Assembly (NCBI GenBank): GCA_039809385.1
Contig: JBDHUY010000002.1
Coordinates: 32,001-96,000 of the forward strand
Direction: 5' to 3'
Source: Candidatus Altimarinota bacterium
GTDB taxonomy: Bacteria; Patescibacteriota; Gracilibacteria; JBDHUY01
Length of the DNA: 64,000 nucleotides
Shown: one piece after another, positions 9,444 to 18,952 of the stretch
How positions within the stretch are numbered: position 1 is the stretch's first letter
How the letters are laid out: the number at the start of each line of letters is the position of its first letter
The notes under the pieces: model-generated
Seen by the model: only the letters and a program-made list of their open reading frames with translations
The model's database searches: none
Told to the model about the DNA's origin: nothing
Position numbers and translations under genes: made by a program

Positions 9444-9842
9444 ATGTTTTTCAAACTCTATGCCATAGCGTTTCCCATTTTCCTGGCTGTTGATATGATT
9501 TGGTTGGGATTTCTTGCCAAAGACTTGTATCGTCAACAGATCGGTTTCTTGATGAAAGGTGATATCAATTGGTTGGCGGTCATAATTTTTTACTTTTTGT
9601 TTATAGCGGGACTGGTGTTGTTTGTCATTCTGCCCGCATTTGAAAAACAATCATGGATCAACGCGCTGCTCTTTGGAGCGCTCTTTGGACTGGTAACCTA
9701 TGCTACCTATGATCTGACAAACCTCGCTGTGCTCAAAGACTGGCCCCTGCTGGTGACAATCGTTGACCTGGCGTGGGGAACGATACTCGCAGCTATTGTC
9801 TCAACTGCAACGTATTTTATTGCCGTAACTATCAGGTTATAA
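9444..9842 (+). CDS. DUF2177-family membrane protein
   Basis: DMIWLG…GLVTYATYDLTNLA…DLAWG pattern, 4 TM. Confidence 0.88.
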   Translation: MFFKLYAIAFPIFLAVDMIWLGFLAKDLYRQQIGFLMKGDINWLAVIIFYFLFIAGLVLFVILPAFEKQSWINALLFGALFGLVTYATYDLTNLAVLKDWPLLVTIVDLAWGTILAAIVSTATYFIAVTIRL

Positions 9843-9900
9843 AATCATACAACTATTGCTTCGGTTCTTCAAAACCAAAACCGATGCTGGTATAGGTATA

Positions 9901-10605
9901 CTAATTCATTTTGTATTCTTCCAACCACTTCCGTATAACTCGCGTATCAGGTATTCCACTTCGTACATTATAATATCGCAGCACCGGAACCCCTTCCTCA
10001 GCATTTGGCGGTTCATATTCTGTCATTGAGCGCACCAGGAGTGCTTCATTTCCCTCCCAGGTAATCATCAAAGGATTCGAGTGATCCCGTTGACGCAATC
10101 TCAGTCGTTGAAGAAGCATTGATTTCTTTGTATGTATTTCCAGAATCCGGATATCCGCCTCGTCTGAAAACTGTGCAATAATTTCACGACGGTAGATTTT
10201 TTTACCGTAAATCCCTTCCAAGATAACGCAGTATCCTTGTTCTAAAAGATCTTGAATGCGCAAATACATCAAATAATAGGTCGTATGGGTTTGTTGTGTA
10301 TCGAAGAGAATTACATTTTTGAAAAGTGCTTTGCGGATATTGTCAACTGATACATAGACAGCTGGAATATCCCCGATCAGTGCGCGGCTTACAGTGGATT
10401 TTCCAGAACCGGGAAGTCCGCAAACGATTAAAAAAAGAGGATTCTTACTCCTGCCGACGTCATCTGTAGGCGTAACTGCGCAGACTTTTTTCCACTCGGA
10501 TCTAGCCGGTTTTTTGTGCGAAAAGACACACCCGCAGAGCGATTTATGAATGTACACCATAGCATCCGGTACAATATGAAAATAAATAAACAACGTTTTT
10601 TGCAA
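9901..10605 (-). CDS. P-loop kinase (AAA_33/predicted nucleotide kinase family); true start probably downstream of 10605
   Basis: LIVCGLPGSGKST Walker A, SVDNIRK, VILEG, RLRLR lid. Confidence 0.8.
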   Translation of the reverse strand: MQKTLFIYFHIVPDAMVYIHKSLCGCVFSHKKPARSEWKKVCAVTPTDDVGRSKNPLFLIVCGLPGSGKSTVSRALIGDIPAVYVSVDNIRKALFKNVILFDTQQTHTTYYLMYLRIQDLLEQGYCVILEGIYGKKIYRREIIAQFSDEADIRILEIHTKKSMLLQRLRLRQRDHSNPLMITWEGNEALLVRSMTEYEPPNAEEGVPVLRYYNVRSGIPDTRVIRKWLEEYKMN

Positions 10606-10847
10606 ACGTTCTTACAAATACGTATGAAAAGAAAAAACTCGATAGACAATATCAGGATAAATCACGACATTATTTCACAGTTACCAGTCCTATGCAATCA
10701 AATTTATCTCTTCGGCTGTTCCGTAGTAGCATACTTCAAGCTCGATCTTCAGATAACTTTCTGCTTAAAAAGCACGTCGGATATCTTGATAAAATCCACG
10801 GTTTCGGTATAACCGGAAATATCGAATAGTCTTTTTTCCGATATCCT

Positions 10848-11708
10848 ATGTCCGAACCGATTTCAAAATTTATTTTTACCACGTTTCGCGAACTCTTTGG
10901 ATTTATCAATCCTTTTTTATCGAACTATCATGATTTTTCAAAAAATCTTTCCCGCGAGATACGTGTCAAAGCACACAATAATATCCAGTATCAATTCGAC
11001 GTCGTTCTGGATAACATGATCAAAAAAAAATTAGACGACTTCGGTATAACGGGAAAAATATTCTCGGAAGAAAGCGGTTTTTTTCAAACCGGAAACCCTC
11101 TGTATCGCGTCGTGTTTGATCCTTTCTGCAACAGTTCACTGGCTTCCAGAACATTTCATGAAGCAGCCGTAGGTATAACTATCTTCAGCTATCAATACGA
11201 CTATATAACTTCTGCGATCATGGATTACCAGACCGGACTCGTGGCGTTGGTCGAAGACTCGGAAACCAACTTCTACCAGATCCAGACGGGTGAAAGGATT
11301 ACTCCGTCTCGGGAAGTGCCGCCCGCGGCGCTGAAAGATGCCTGGGTGGTCTTTACACTGGAAAACAGCGAAGAGCGCAAACATCTTTCGAAAGTTATTC
11401 CGCTTGTTCAATCTCCCAAAAGAATCATACTGAGCAGCGGACACATTTACTGGCTTAAACTGGCTCTGGGGGCGGTCGATGCCTACTTGGATCCTTTCGG
11501 CGGCGAACGTCTGTACGAGATGTTTGCCGCGACCGTGGCCCAGGCTGCGGGGTGTGTCGTCACCTCTATCTTCGGAGAACCATTTGATCCGGTTGTTTAT
11601 CTGAAGATTTTTGAGGCAAATCCGGATTTTATTTTTTATCCCGTAGCGGCAAGAAATAGACACCTGCACCGGCGTATATCTGACGGTCTTTTCTTGTCTA
11701 AAACATAA
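10848..11708 (+). CDS. Inositol monophosphatase/FBPase-like protein with divergent active site
   Basis: FDVVLD, IFSEESG, VVFDPFCNS (canonical DP(I/L)DGT), LALGAVDAYLD, AQAAGCVVT. Confidence 0.75.
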   Translation: MSEPISKFIFTTFRELFGFINPFLSNYHDFSKNLSREIRVKAHNNIQYQFDVVLDNMIKKKLDDFGITGKIFSEESGFFQTGNPLYRVVFDPFCNSSLASRTFHEAAVGITIFSYQYDYITSAIMDYQTGLVALVEDSETNFYQIQTGERITPSREVPPAALKDAWVVFTLENSEERKHLSKVIPLVQSPKRIILSSGHIYWLKLALGAVDAYLDPFGGERLYEMFAATVAQAAGCVVTSIFGEPFDPVVYLKIFEANPDFIFYPVAARNRHLHRRISDGLFLSKT

Positions 11709-11724
11709 TCTTACTTCAAGTAGT

Positions 11725-12234
11725 ATGCAACTCTTCTCAAATATCTCTTCCCACGCAGAAGTGGAAGGAAAGAAGGTAATCACCGTTTGCGAGTCCAAAG
11801 TCACTGCCTTTCTATCCTACCTGGCCGGTTTCCTGGTATTTGCGGCTGTTGGGGCGATTACTATTCTGGTCTTGGTCGGAATGTTCCCGCCGCCAACGCT
11901 TTTTTCGGCTCTTCCTCCCCTTCTGCTCGGATTCATTCTGATCCGCTCGGCTAAAAAGCGCACTGCGCAGGGCGGGCATTTCGTGATCGACGGAGACCGT
12001 AAAAAGATTATCCAGAAACAAAAAAAGATCACCCGTGAGTGGGACTTCGACGACGTCGTTACTATAGACAAAGTGCTTAATATCTCCGACGGCATGCGGC
12101 CGCCGCACTTCGTTTTTTGGCTCAGGGCTACTATGTCCAACCATACCACATTGAATTTGGCCAAAGGCATAGAGAGCGAAGTAGTATCATTGCAGGAAGT
12201 ATTAGAAAAGATTGGCGTACATGAGAAAAAATAA
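11725..12234 (+). CDS. Hypothetical 2-TM membrane protein
   Basis: Two hydrophobic helices followed by a beta-rich soluble domain; 16 nt downstream of previous gene. Confidence 0.7.
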   Translation: MQLFSNISSHAEVEGKKVITVCESKVTAFLSYLAGFLVFAAVGAITILVLVGMFPPPTLFSALPPLLLGFILIRSAKKRTAQGGHFVIDGDRKKIIQKQKKITREWDFDDVVTIDKVLNISDGMRPPHFVFWLRATMSNHTTLNLAKGIESEVVSLQEVLEKIGVHEKK

Positions 12235-12308
12235 TCCAAACCGATTCCCGTCTAATGTAAACGGCAAATAGAGCAAAGTATCTATTCGGTCAAGCCTATA
12301 AATATCTC

Positions 12309-12734
12309 ATGCCTTTCACCGAATCCCGTTTGCGTTCCATTCTCAAAGCTGTTTCGTGGCGTGTCATTGCTACGCTTATCACGTTTTCCTATGCCTATCT
12401 GTTCACCGGACAATTCCCGGCAGCCGGTCTTATTACCGTTTTGGCTACACTCTTGAGTATGGTGCTTCATTATTATTTTGAACGGATCTGGAATGGCTTT
12501 TATTGGGATAAAGTCAATTTGCAGGAAACACGCAAACGTACGTTTTTAAAGAGTATTCTCTGGCAGCTGGTGGCTATCGGTATCAATTTGGGAACCTCTT
12601 GGTTTTTTACCGCCAGTTTGAATCAGTCGGTCTTCTTTGCCCTAGTCTCCGGTGCCACCGGCTTTGTCCTGTTTTACGTACACGAAAGACTCTGGAACGT
12701 TTTTTTGTGGCACAAAAAGTCGCTGTTTCGGTAA
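12309..12734 (+). CDS. Tandem-duplicated DUF2061-like membrane protein
   Basis: ESRLRSILKAVSWR…YYFERIWN repeated as ETRKRTFLKSILWQ…YVHERLWN. Confidence 0.8.
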   Translation: MPFTESRLRSILKAVSWRVIATLITFSYAYLFTGQFPAAGLITVLATLLSMVLHYYFERIWNGFYWDKVNLQETRKRTFLKSILWQLVAIGINLGTSWFFTASLNQSVFFALVSGATGFVLFYVHERLWNVFLWHKKSLFR

Positions 12735-12815
12735 GTTGTATAATCTTTTCTTTGTCGCTATACTTTCCTGACAAGACTCCCTTTATTATAATTTCCAATC
12801 CTTTCTTACGATTCC

Positions 12816-14198
12816 ATGCCTCTCAAAATTGAAAAAATAGTATACCCCGGCATTTCGCTCGCCCGCGACAACGGGCTTACCACGTTCCTCAATGGCGGTC
12901 TACCCGGTGAAGAAGTCGAGGTAGAGATCGTCAAAAAGAAAAAGAGTTTTCAGGAAGGGCGCGTATTGCGAGTTGTAGAGCCTTCCCCAGAACGTATCAC
13001 GCCCCGTTGTCCCTCCTTCGGTCGTTGCGGTGGTTGTTCGTTTCAGCATACCGCTTATGAAAATCAGCTTCGTATCAAGGACGAGTATGTCAGAGAATTG
13101 TTGCAAAACTTTTCTATACCCCAATTTTTACCAATTCTGCCGAGTCCCGAAATATGGAATTACCGCAATAAAATGGAGTTCAGTTTCTTCGAAACACCCT
13201 CCGGTCCCGCTGAAGCCAAAGGAGAGGTGACGATCGGGCTGCACGAAAAGGGAGCGTATAACCGCTACTTTCCGGTTCCCCCGTGTTTTATTGCCGATCA
13301 GGATTTTTTGAAGATCGTCGAAGAGATTCAGGCTTTTGCGCGGCGGTCGGGCTTGCAAGTTTACAATCCTACCACGCATCAAGGCTTTTATCGTCATTTG
13401 GTTTTGCGCAAAAGCAAACGGACCGGGCAAGTCCTGGTAAATCTGGTGACAACCCCCCTACACCCCCCTTATCAGGGGGGACAATCCAATACATCTTTTT
13501 TCGATGGTCTGGTTCAGGTTTTGAAAGACCATGTCTCTAGTTTTCACTGGACTGTTAACAATTCGGTGTCGGATGCGGTCAAGGCAGAAGAGGTACATCT
13601 GTTATCAGGTGAACCCATGATTCAAGAACAGATGCAGATAGGGGAACGTTTATACCGCTTTTTTGTTTCGCCTTTCTCTTTTTTTCAGACTAACACGTTT
13701 GGTGCTGAAAAATTATACGAAACAACCTTGAATTTTCTTGATCCAAAAGCGGACGACAAGGTGCTTGATCTCTATTGTGGAACAGGCACAATTGGTTTAA
13801 CGCTTGCTCCCTACGTAAAACAGGTTTTAGGGGTAGAGCAGGTTCCGGATGCGATTCTAGATGCCAAACGAAACAAGGAGATCAATGCGATTTCCAATAT
13901 CGATTTTGAAGTTGGCTCAGTCGAGAAGTGGATCAAGCATGGTACGATTCCCGAATTTAACGCGCTCGTGATTGATCCGCCCCGCGGCGGGGTTTCAAAT
14001 AAGGTTATTGATTTTATCCTCAGAACCAAACCTACTAAAATCGTTTATGTCTCCTGTAATCCTTCCACACTGGCCCGCGACTTGGCTCTTATACTTCGAG
14101 ACACTGATTATAAGATTGATCTGGTGCAGGCGGTGGATATGTTTCCCCAGACGTATCATGTGGAGGTGGTGGTGCGGTTGACAAGAATAAAAAAATAG
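12816..14198 (+). CDS. rlmD: 23S rRNA (uracil-C5)-methyltransferase RlmD/RumA family
   Basis: TRAM domain, CPSFGRCGGCSFQH Fe-S motif, SFFQTN, DLYCGTG, DPPRGG, YVSCNPSTLARD, DMFPQTYHVE. Confidence 0.95.
   Translation: MPLKIEKIVYPGISLARDNGLTTFLNGGLPGEEVEVEIVKKKKSFQEGRVLRVVEPSPERITPRCPSFGRCGGCSFQHTAYENQLRIKDEYVRELLQNFSIPQFLPILPSPEIWNYRNKMEFSFFETPSGPAEAKGEVTIGLHEKGAYNRYFPVPPCFIADQDFLKIVEEIQAFARRSGLQVYNPTTHQGFYRHLVLRKSKRTGQVLVNLVTTPLHPPYQGGQSNTSFFDGLVQVLKDHVSSFHWTVNNSVSDAVKAEEVHLLSGEPMIQEQMQIGERLYRFFVSPFSFFQTNTFGAEKLYETTLNFLDPKADDKVLDLYCGTGTIGLTLAPYVKQVLGVEQVPDAILDAKRNKEINAISNIDFEVGSVEKWIKHGTIPEFNALVIDPPRGGVSNKVIDFILRTKPTKIVYVSCNPSTLARDLALILRDTDYKIDLVQAVDMFPQTYHVEVVVRLTRIKK
13451..13482 (-). repeat. 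In-frame CCCCTGATAAGGGG hairpin element in rlmD, inverted (encodes TPLHPPYQGG)
   Basis: Reverse complement gtcccccctgataaggggggtgtaggggggtt matches the ileS 7394-7428 copy. Confidence 0.85.
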
Positions 14199-14319
14199 CT
14201 AGTATACAAATACTTTTTTGAGTGAATTACTCATGTAAATAAATCAAATTTGTCCCATACTTTGAAGAACTTTTTGCTCCAGATATGTATATTGTCTGAC
14301 TTTTAAATTCTGTTTGTCT

Positions 14320-15981
14320 ATGTCATTCATTCGTCTAGATGCTGGCTTGGCAATGAAATCAGAGATCCAACAAAAACTCACTGTCTCTGAAAGCGAAGTC
14401 TATCGTTCAGCTCTAAATTATTGGGAAAATAAACCGCATCAATCGTTATCGATATCGCTCCAACAACTTAGCGCTATTCTGGGTGGTGGGAAAAAAAGTC
14501 CGGGAAGTCAGGAAGGTGCTGATTCCTCACGGCCAATCAATCGAGTCAATAGCACACAGTATGCCGAAAGATGGGTTACCGGAGACCATATGACTCAGGG
14601 GGTGGCGTACGAAAATCCTGACCGTATGGTTCACACCGAAGCTGAGGCTGAGGAACCAGAAACTCATTTTCTCGAAGAAGATTTTGTGTTGCTTACTCCT
14701 GAAGAACTGAAAAGTCTGGATCCGGCAGAACAAGTGGGTATTGTCATGGGACCCTGCCTATTTATTGCCAGTGACACACCGCGCGAATGTATTCCGCTCG
14801 TGGTTACTAATTTGGCTATGTTGCGACGTATGTCTGAGGATTCCCAGATGGTCAGTTTTTTTAACAAACTTGGTATCACTGTTGAAGTTTCACAGCATTG
14901 GACCGCTAACATTATTGATCTGATTCTGGCTGAAGCACAGTTTGGCAAGGATCATCAAAAGTTTCTGCAGTATTTACAGTGGCGGAAAAAACTGGAACGA
15001 ACCGACTTTTTTCACAATGAAGCAGTTTCAGAAGTTCTTCAAAATAAAATCAGAACTCTTACATATCGTCGTACTACTCACCCTCTACACCGCGGAAGGT
15101 ATACAAGGGATTCATGGCAAATCAGTGGAACATTACAAAGTTTAGGGAGAGATAGTTTTATAAAAATGCGTGGGATGGTCAATGTCAGCAGGGTAGATAG
15201 TATTTTTCGTCAGATTAGCGGGCGCTCTGATTTCCACCCCGAATTCATGATGTGTCTGATGCGTCTTATTTGTGAAAGATGTCAGAATGAGAAAAATATG
15301 GAGAAAGTTGATGTCTATCAAGACAGTATTACTGGAATAGCCGAAAAGAGACGCGTGAATCGGTATGTTTTACGATTGGATGACTGGAGTCTGATCCAGC
15401 AGGCAGATCTTTTGACCAAGCAGGTACTTTTGGACCAGGATTTTTTGCTTACTCAGACTAAGGACAACGGAGCATATATTATCTCGAACCACGCCTTAAA
15501 AACAGCCGAAGCTTTTATTGATCGGTTGGCTTATTTTGCGAGAGCATGGTTTGACCGCTTAAATACTACTACTGATGCGACCGGTATGGGAAGCACACTC
15601 TTAAAACTTATGAAAACAAGTTGTCAGGTGGTTATTCCCATAGCTGAGAAGTTTACCGTTAATATCACCGTATCGGAAGAGACTGCATATAGGCAGGAGA
15701 TGGATCGAATCTCTTTAAAAATCAAGGAACTTGAGCGTGCTATTGCTCAAATCGATGAGCTTTATGGTAATTTGCGAAAAAGTCAGAATGAGCTTTCGGC
15801 TATGGTTAACATTGAGTATTTGCCCGGGAGTCTGGAATCCGATATGAAAGTTTTAGGTGAAAGGCGATTAGAGCTTTCTGCTTTACTGGATGAACTTTGT
15901 AAGGCCGCATCCGTTATCGAACAGCTGAAGAACGCTCGCGATAAATCCCGGCATCTTTTGGCGAGTATCGTTGAACTATAG
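14320..15981 (+). CDS. Hypothetical protein with C-terminal coiled coil
   Basis: Long ORF (about 553 aa from ATG 14320); heptad-rich C-terminus; no recognised motif. Confidence 0.75.
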   Translation: MSFIRLDAGLAMKSEIQQKLTVSESEVYRSALNYWENKPHQSLSISLQQLSAILGGGKKSPGSQEGADSSRPINRVNSTQYAERWVTGDHMTQGVAYENPDRMVHTEAEAEEPETHFLEEDFVLLTPEELKSLDPAEQVGIVMGPCLFIASDTPRECIPLVVTNLAMLRRMSEDSQMVSFFNKLGITVEVSQHWTANIIDLILAEAQFGKDHQKFLQYLQWRKKLERTDFFHNEAVSEVLQNKIRTLTYRRTTHPLHRGRYTRDSWQISGTLQSLGRDSFIKMRGMVNVSRVDSIFRQISGRSDFHPEFMMCLMRLICERCQNEKNMEKVDVYQDSITGIAEKRRVNRYVLRLDDWSLIQQADLLTKQVLLDQDFLLTQTKDNGAYIISNHALKTAEAFIDRLAYFARAWFDRLNTTTDATGMGSTLLKLMKTSCQVVIPIAEKFTVNITVSEETAYRQEMDRISLKIKELERAIAQIDELYGNLRKSQNELSAMVNIEYLPGSLESDMKVLGERRLELSALLDELCKAASVIEQLKNARDKSRHLLASIVEL

Positions 15982-16152
15982 CCCATGTACCAAACACATA
16001 AAAGCCCTATGCGGGATCATGTTTTCGAAACATGATCCTTTTATTTTCTTGATTGCTCCGATACCTCTTTTCTCAAGTTATTTCTCTCAAAACACATATT
16101 CTTCTCAGTCGCGAAATGGAATGGTTCCGTTTTTTTGGAAACCCGCAAAAAA

Positions 16153-16413
16153 TCAGTATAACTGATTATGACTTCCGACTGCCAGCATAATGATCAACGC
16201 ATACCCGTCCTGTTCTTCAAAAATAATTCTGAGATCGAATCCGGCCGATATACTTCTTTTCCCTTTTAAAATTCCTTTCAGAGCATGATTTCTGAGTTGA
16301 GGATCAAACGGATCTTTTTCAAACAACTCGATCGTTTTCTCGATCTTTTTTTGCGATTGTATATCCAGTTTCCCGTATTGCCGAACAAACGTTTTCTTGA
16401 AAACGATCTTCAT
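16153..16413 (-). CDS. Type II toxin, RelE/YafQ family mRNA interferase
   Basis: FVRQY…LRNHALKG…RSISAGFDLRIIF…VGSHNQLY; ATGA overlap with antitoxin. Confidence 0.9.
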   Translation of the reverse strand: MKIVFKKTFVRQYGKLDIQSQKKIEKTIELFEKDPFDPQLRNHALKGILKGKRSISAGFDLRIIFEEQDGYALIIMLAVGSHNQLY

Positions 16414-16700
16414 TGTTTTATACTTTTGCGAAGTGCTTTCACGCCTTCTTTTGCCGATTTGAACGGACCCATAAAATCCTTCTCTTTGGCCGCTTGCAAT
16501 ATCTCCTCTTCAAACTCTCGGGTAAAACCATTTTCTGTTACAATCGGACTTTTGAGTTCGAACGGAATACCACGAGACGAGGCGACTTTTGTCAAAAAAA
16601 TACGGACCGCGGTAGGCGTATCGATGCCGATATCTTCAAATACTTTTTCAACTTTTCGTTTGAGTTTTGCATCTAAGCGTACTTGGATAGTAGATGTCAT
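16410..16700 (-). CDS. Type II antitoxin, RelB/DinJ family
   Basis: IQVRLDAKLK…GIDTPTAVRIFL…GIPFEL. Confidence 0.92.
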   Translation of the reverse strand: MTSTIQVRLDAKLKRKVEKVFEDIGIDTPTAVRIFLTKVASSRGIPFELKSPIVTENGFTREFEEEILQAAKEKDFMGPFKSAKEGVKALRKSIKQ

Positions 16701-16755
16701 GGTACTATATGTAAAGTTACTTTTATTGTAATGATTCTGCTATAGCTTTGCAAAC

Positions 16756-17526
16756 TTACCACGAAAACTCGACTTCCAGCGGCAGATGGTCCGATACTTC
16801 TTCCGGTAATGCCCGGCAGTTTATGACCCGAATCTCCGGCGAAGCAAAGATATAGTCGACCGGATAGGATCCGTGTTTCGTATCCAGATTGCTCCAGGTT
16901 GTTCGAATCGCATAATCCTTTACCAGATTTCTGAATCCATCCTCGATGAGCCCTATACTTTTGGTATCGGGACGGAGATTGAAGTCTCCGCATAGAATTT
17001 TCGGTCCCGCAATGCCGGCCGTAAAATTCAGTATTTTCTCGCATTGAACCAGTCGTTTATCGCTATCTTCTTTGTGCGCCGGGTGGGGGAGTCCGTGGAA
17101 GTTGAAGACTGTCAGATTTTTTTCTGCGCAGGATACTTGTGCAAACTGTAGGATACGCGCTTTGTTTTTGGGATCGGTAGCATCGAACTCATTTCTGTTC
17201 TGATAGATAAATCTGTCCCCGCACCCGAGGAGCTGCAGGTCTTTTTTGACAAACATGGCCAGGCCATAGGAAAGCGGGAAATCCACTTCTCCGCTTGGCA
17301 GTTTGTTATCGTACAATGCATGAAAGAAACCCCGGTGCTCAGGAAGCCGACGCGCAATTTCTGTAAAAAGATTCACCCGGCAGCCATCTTGGCTTGTCCG
17401 ATCAGCCGGTGTGTTTAGTATTTCCTGCAGACAAAATATATCCGCACTGTCTCTGTTGCGAACAAAGAAATCCATGAGCGGATCGAATGCTTTGCCTTTC
17501 CAGGTATTGAGAGTAATTAGTTTCAT
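16756..17526 (-). CDS. Endonuclease/exonuclease/phosphatase (EEP) family protein
   Basis: MKLITLNTW, DIFCLQE, ILCGDFN, VDYIF, SDHLPL; start at 17526. Confidence 0.92.
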   Translation of the reverse strand: MKLITLNTWKGKAFDPLMDFFVRNRDSADIFCLQEILNTPADRTSQDGCRVNLFTEIARRLPEHRGFFHALYDNKLPSGEVDFPLSYGLAMFVKKDLQLLGCGDRFIYQNRNEFDATDPKNKARILQFAQVSCAEKNLTVFNFHGLPHPAHKEDSDKRLVQCEKILNFTAGIAGPKILCGDFNLRPDTKSIGLIEDGFRNLVKDYAIRTTWSNLDTKHGSYPVDYIFASPEIRVINCRALPEEVSDHLPLEVEFSW

Positions 17527-17565
17527 TTCTAGTTTTAAAAGATTGAATGCGAATCTTTCCAAGCC

Positions 17566-17949
17566 TTATCTTTGTTTAATGGACTTTTCCAATTTTTTAT
17601 CAAATGTTAGTACTGTATAGCTTTTTGACAAGTACAAAAGGGCCGTATCTACAAACGAAAAGTTATTCCGGGGTTTCGTCTTTGTAAAAAGATCACTTGT
17701 TTCATATAATAGTTCTTTACTGGAGACAAGCAGATGAATATCGGTATTATTGGCCGTGCTTTGAATAAAATACTGGGCTACCGATTTTTTGGCCCGTATC
17801 ATGAGAACGTTTGCTGTTTCGATCAAGACATATTCCGGTAAAAGGATATGCTCTTTTTCTATTTGTGAAAAGAGATCTAATGCTTTTTTGTGCAGAGAAT
17901 CGGTACTGTGGAAAGCCGCGATCCAGATATTGGAGTCAAGAACAATCAT
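17566..17949 (-). CDS. PIN-domain toxin (VapC family)
   Basis: IVLDSNIWIA, E in VLIET, SFVD, LTFD acidic quartet. Confidence 0.9.
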   Translation of the reverse strand: MIVLDSNIWIAAFHSTDSLHKKALDLFSQIEKEHILLPEYVLIETANVLMIRAKKSVAQYFIQSTANNTDIHLLVSSKELLYETSDLFTKTKPRNNFSFVDTALLYLSKSYTVLTFDKKLEKSIKQR

Positions 17950-18185
17950 ATATCGTAAACAATTTTATCTATATTTTTACTGAGATTCTTGTCTTTCGAA
18001 CGGAATCGGATTTTCAATACATCTTTAAGTGTATATTTTTTGCCCGGCACCCTTTCCAGCGGTACAATTTGAAATACCGCTTTCGAATTTTTTACGACGG
18101 TGAAGGACTGCCCGCGACGGGTAGCTTCGGTTACCTTTCTCATATTACGATGAAGTTCTTTAATACCGATAATTTGCGGATTCAT
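17946..18185 (-). CDS. Phd/YefM-like antitoxin
   Basis: IIGIKELHRN…GQSFTVVKNSKAVFQIVP; ATGA overlap with PIN gene; start at 18185. Confidence 0.85.
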   Translation of the reverse strand: MNPQIIGIKELHRNMRKVTEATRRGQSFTVVKNSKAVFQIVPLERVPGKKYTLKDVLKIRFRSKDKNLSKNIDKIVYDI

Positions 18186-18259
18186 AGGAAAAATGATAAA
18201 AAGGTACAACAAAAGTTTAACTTTCGTTGTACCTTTAGTCAATCCGATCTGATTGCTGA

Positions 18260-18634
18260 TCAGACGGAAGGCTTTCTTTTGGAAAAGAAATATCTGGCAT
18301 CTTCGATATCTTTTTCAATTGCTTCCACCAGTTTTTCCACACGCTCAAACTTTTTGTTATTTCGTAATTTTTCTACAATCTCGACTTCCAGTTTTTGGTC
18401 ATAGAGATTTTGATCAAAATCGAGAATATGGACCTCGCACGTCCAGCCCACATCGTCGAACGTGTCGGCGACCCCGTTGAAAATAAGGGCGGGCAGTTTA
18501 CGATCACCCACAAAGGCGTATCCCAAAAACGTGCCGTTTTCGGTCCATGGCGTTTCAAGCGCCAGGTTGGCGGTGGCAAAGCCCAGTCCTTTGCCGCGCC
18601 CCTTGCCATGAATGACAGTACCGGAGAGATACAT
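18260..18634 (-). CDS. Stand-alone riboflavin kinase domain
   Basis: GTVIHGKGRGKGLGFATANL, EVHILDF, LYDQ, LRNNKKF, IEKD. Confidence 0.9.
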   Translation of the reverse strand: MYLSGTVIHGKGRGKGLGFATANLALETPWTENGTFLGYAFVGDRKLPALIFNGVADTFDDVGWTCEVHILDFDQNLYDQKLEVEIVEKLRNNKKFERVEKLVEAIEKDIEDARYFFSKRKPSV

Positions 18635-18639
18635 GGGAG

Positions 18640-18674
18640 TTTATAAAGTTTGTAAAGTTATAAAGTTCATAAAG
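18640..18674. repeat. Period-9/10 TAAAGTT tandem array
   Basis: ttataaagtttgtaaagttataaagttcataaag; reverse complement of the arrays at 5094-5124 and 5207-5235. Confidence 0.75.
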
Positions 18675-18755
18675 CGTAATCGACCTCGGGTTCTCATGAA
18701 GACGGGAGGATAGAAGACAGCAGTCCAATACTAGATACTAAATACTCTTCCAAAG

Positions 18756-18784
18756 TTGTTTTTCTTCAACATTACCGTTATACT
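18756..18784 (+). promoter_or_regulatory. Sigma70-type promoter for the putative 6S RNA
   Basis: TTGTTT-17 nt-TATACT immediately before the RNA 5' end. Confidence 0.65.
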
Positions 18785-18787
18785 GTA

Positions 18788-18947
18788 CCCTGTCTGAGAT
18801 ACTCGTTATCTTTGAATACATTTTCCTCTACATTCTGTTCTTACGGGATCCTCATATCTGTTTAGACCGTGGTCTAGGCGTGCGGGAACCCACCTGGTTT
18901 CTTTCCGGGGAATATTATTCAATCTCGTAACGGTATTTTGGACGTGG
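18788..18947 (+). ncRNA. ssrS: Probable 6S RNA
   Basis: About 160-nt rod: gtctgagatactcgtta pairs with taacggtattttggac, ttgaata with tattcaa; central unpaired region; gggatcctcat/gtgcgggaaccc arm; apical tttagacc/ggtctagg; GGGAACCCACC motif as in Firmicute 6S; U-tract follows. Confidence 0.75.
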
Positions 18948-18952
18948 TTTTT

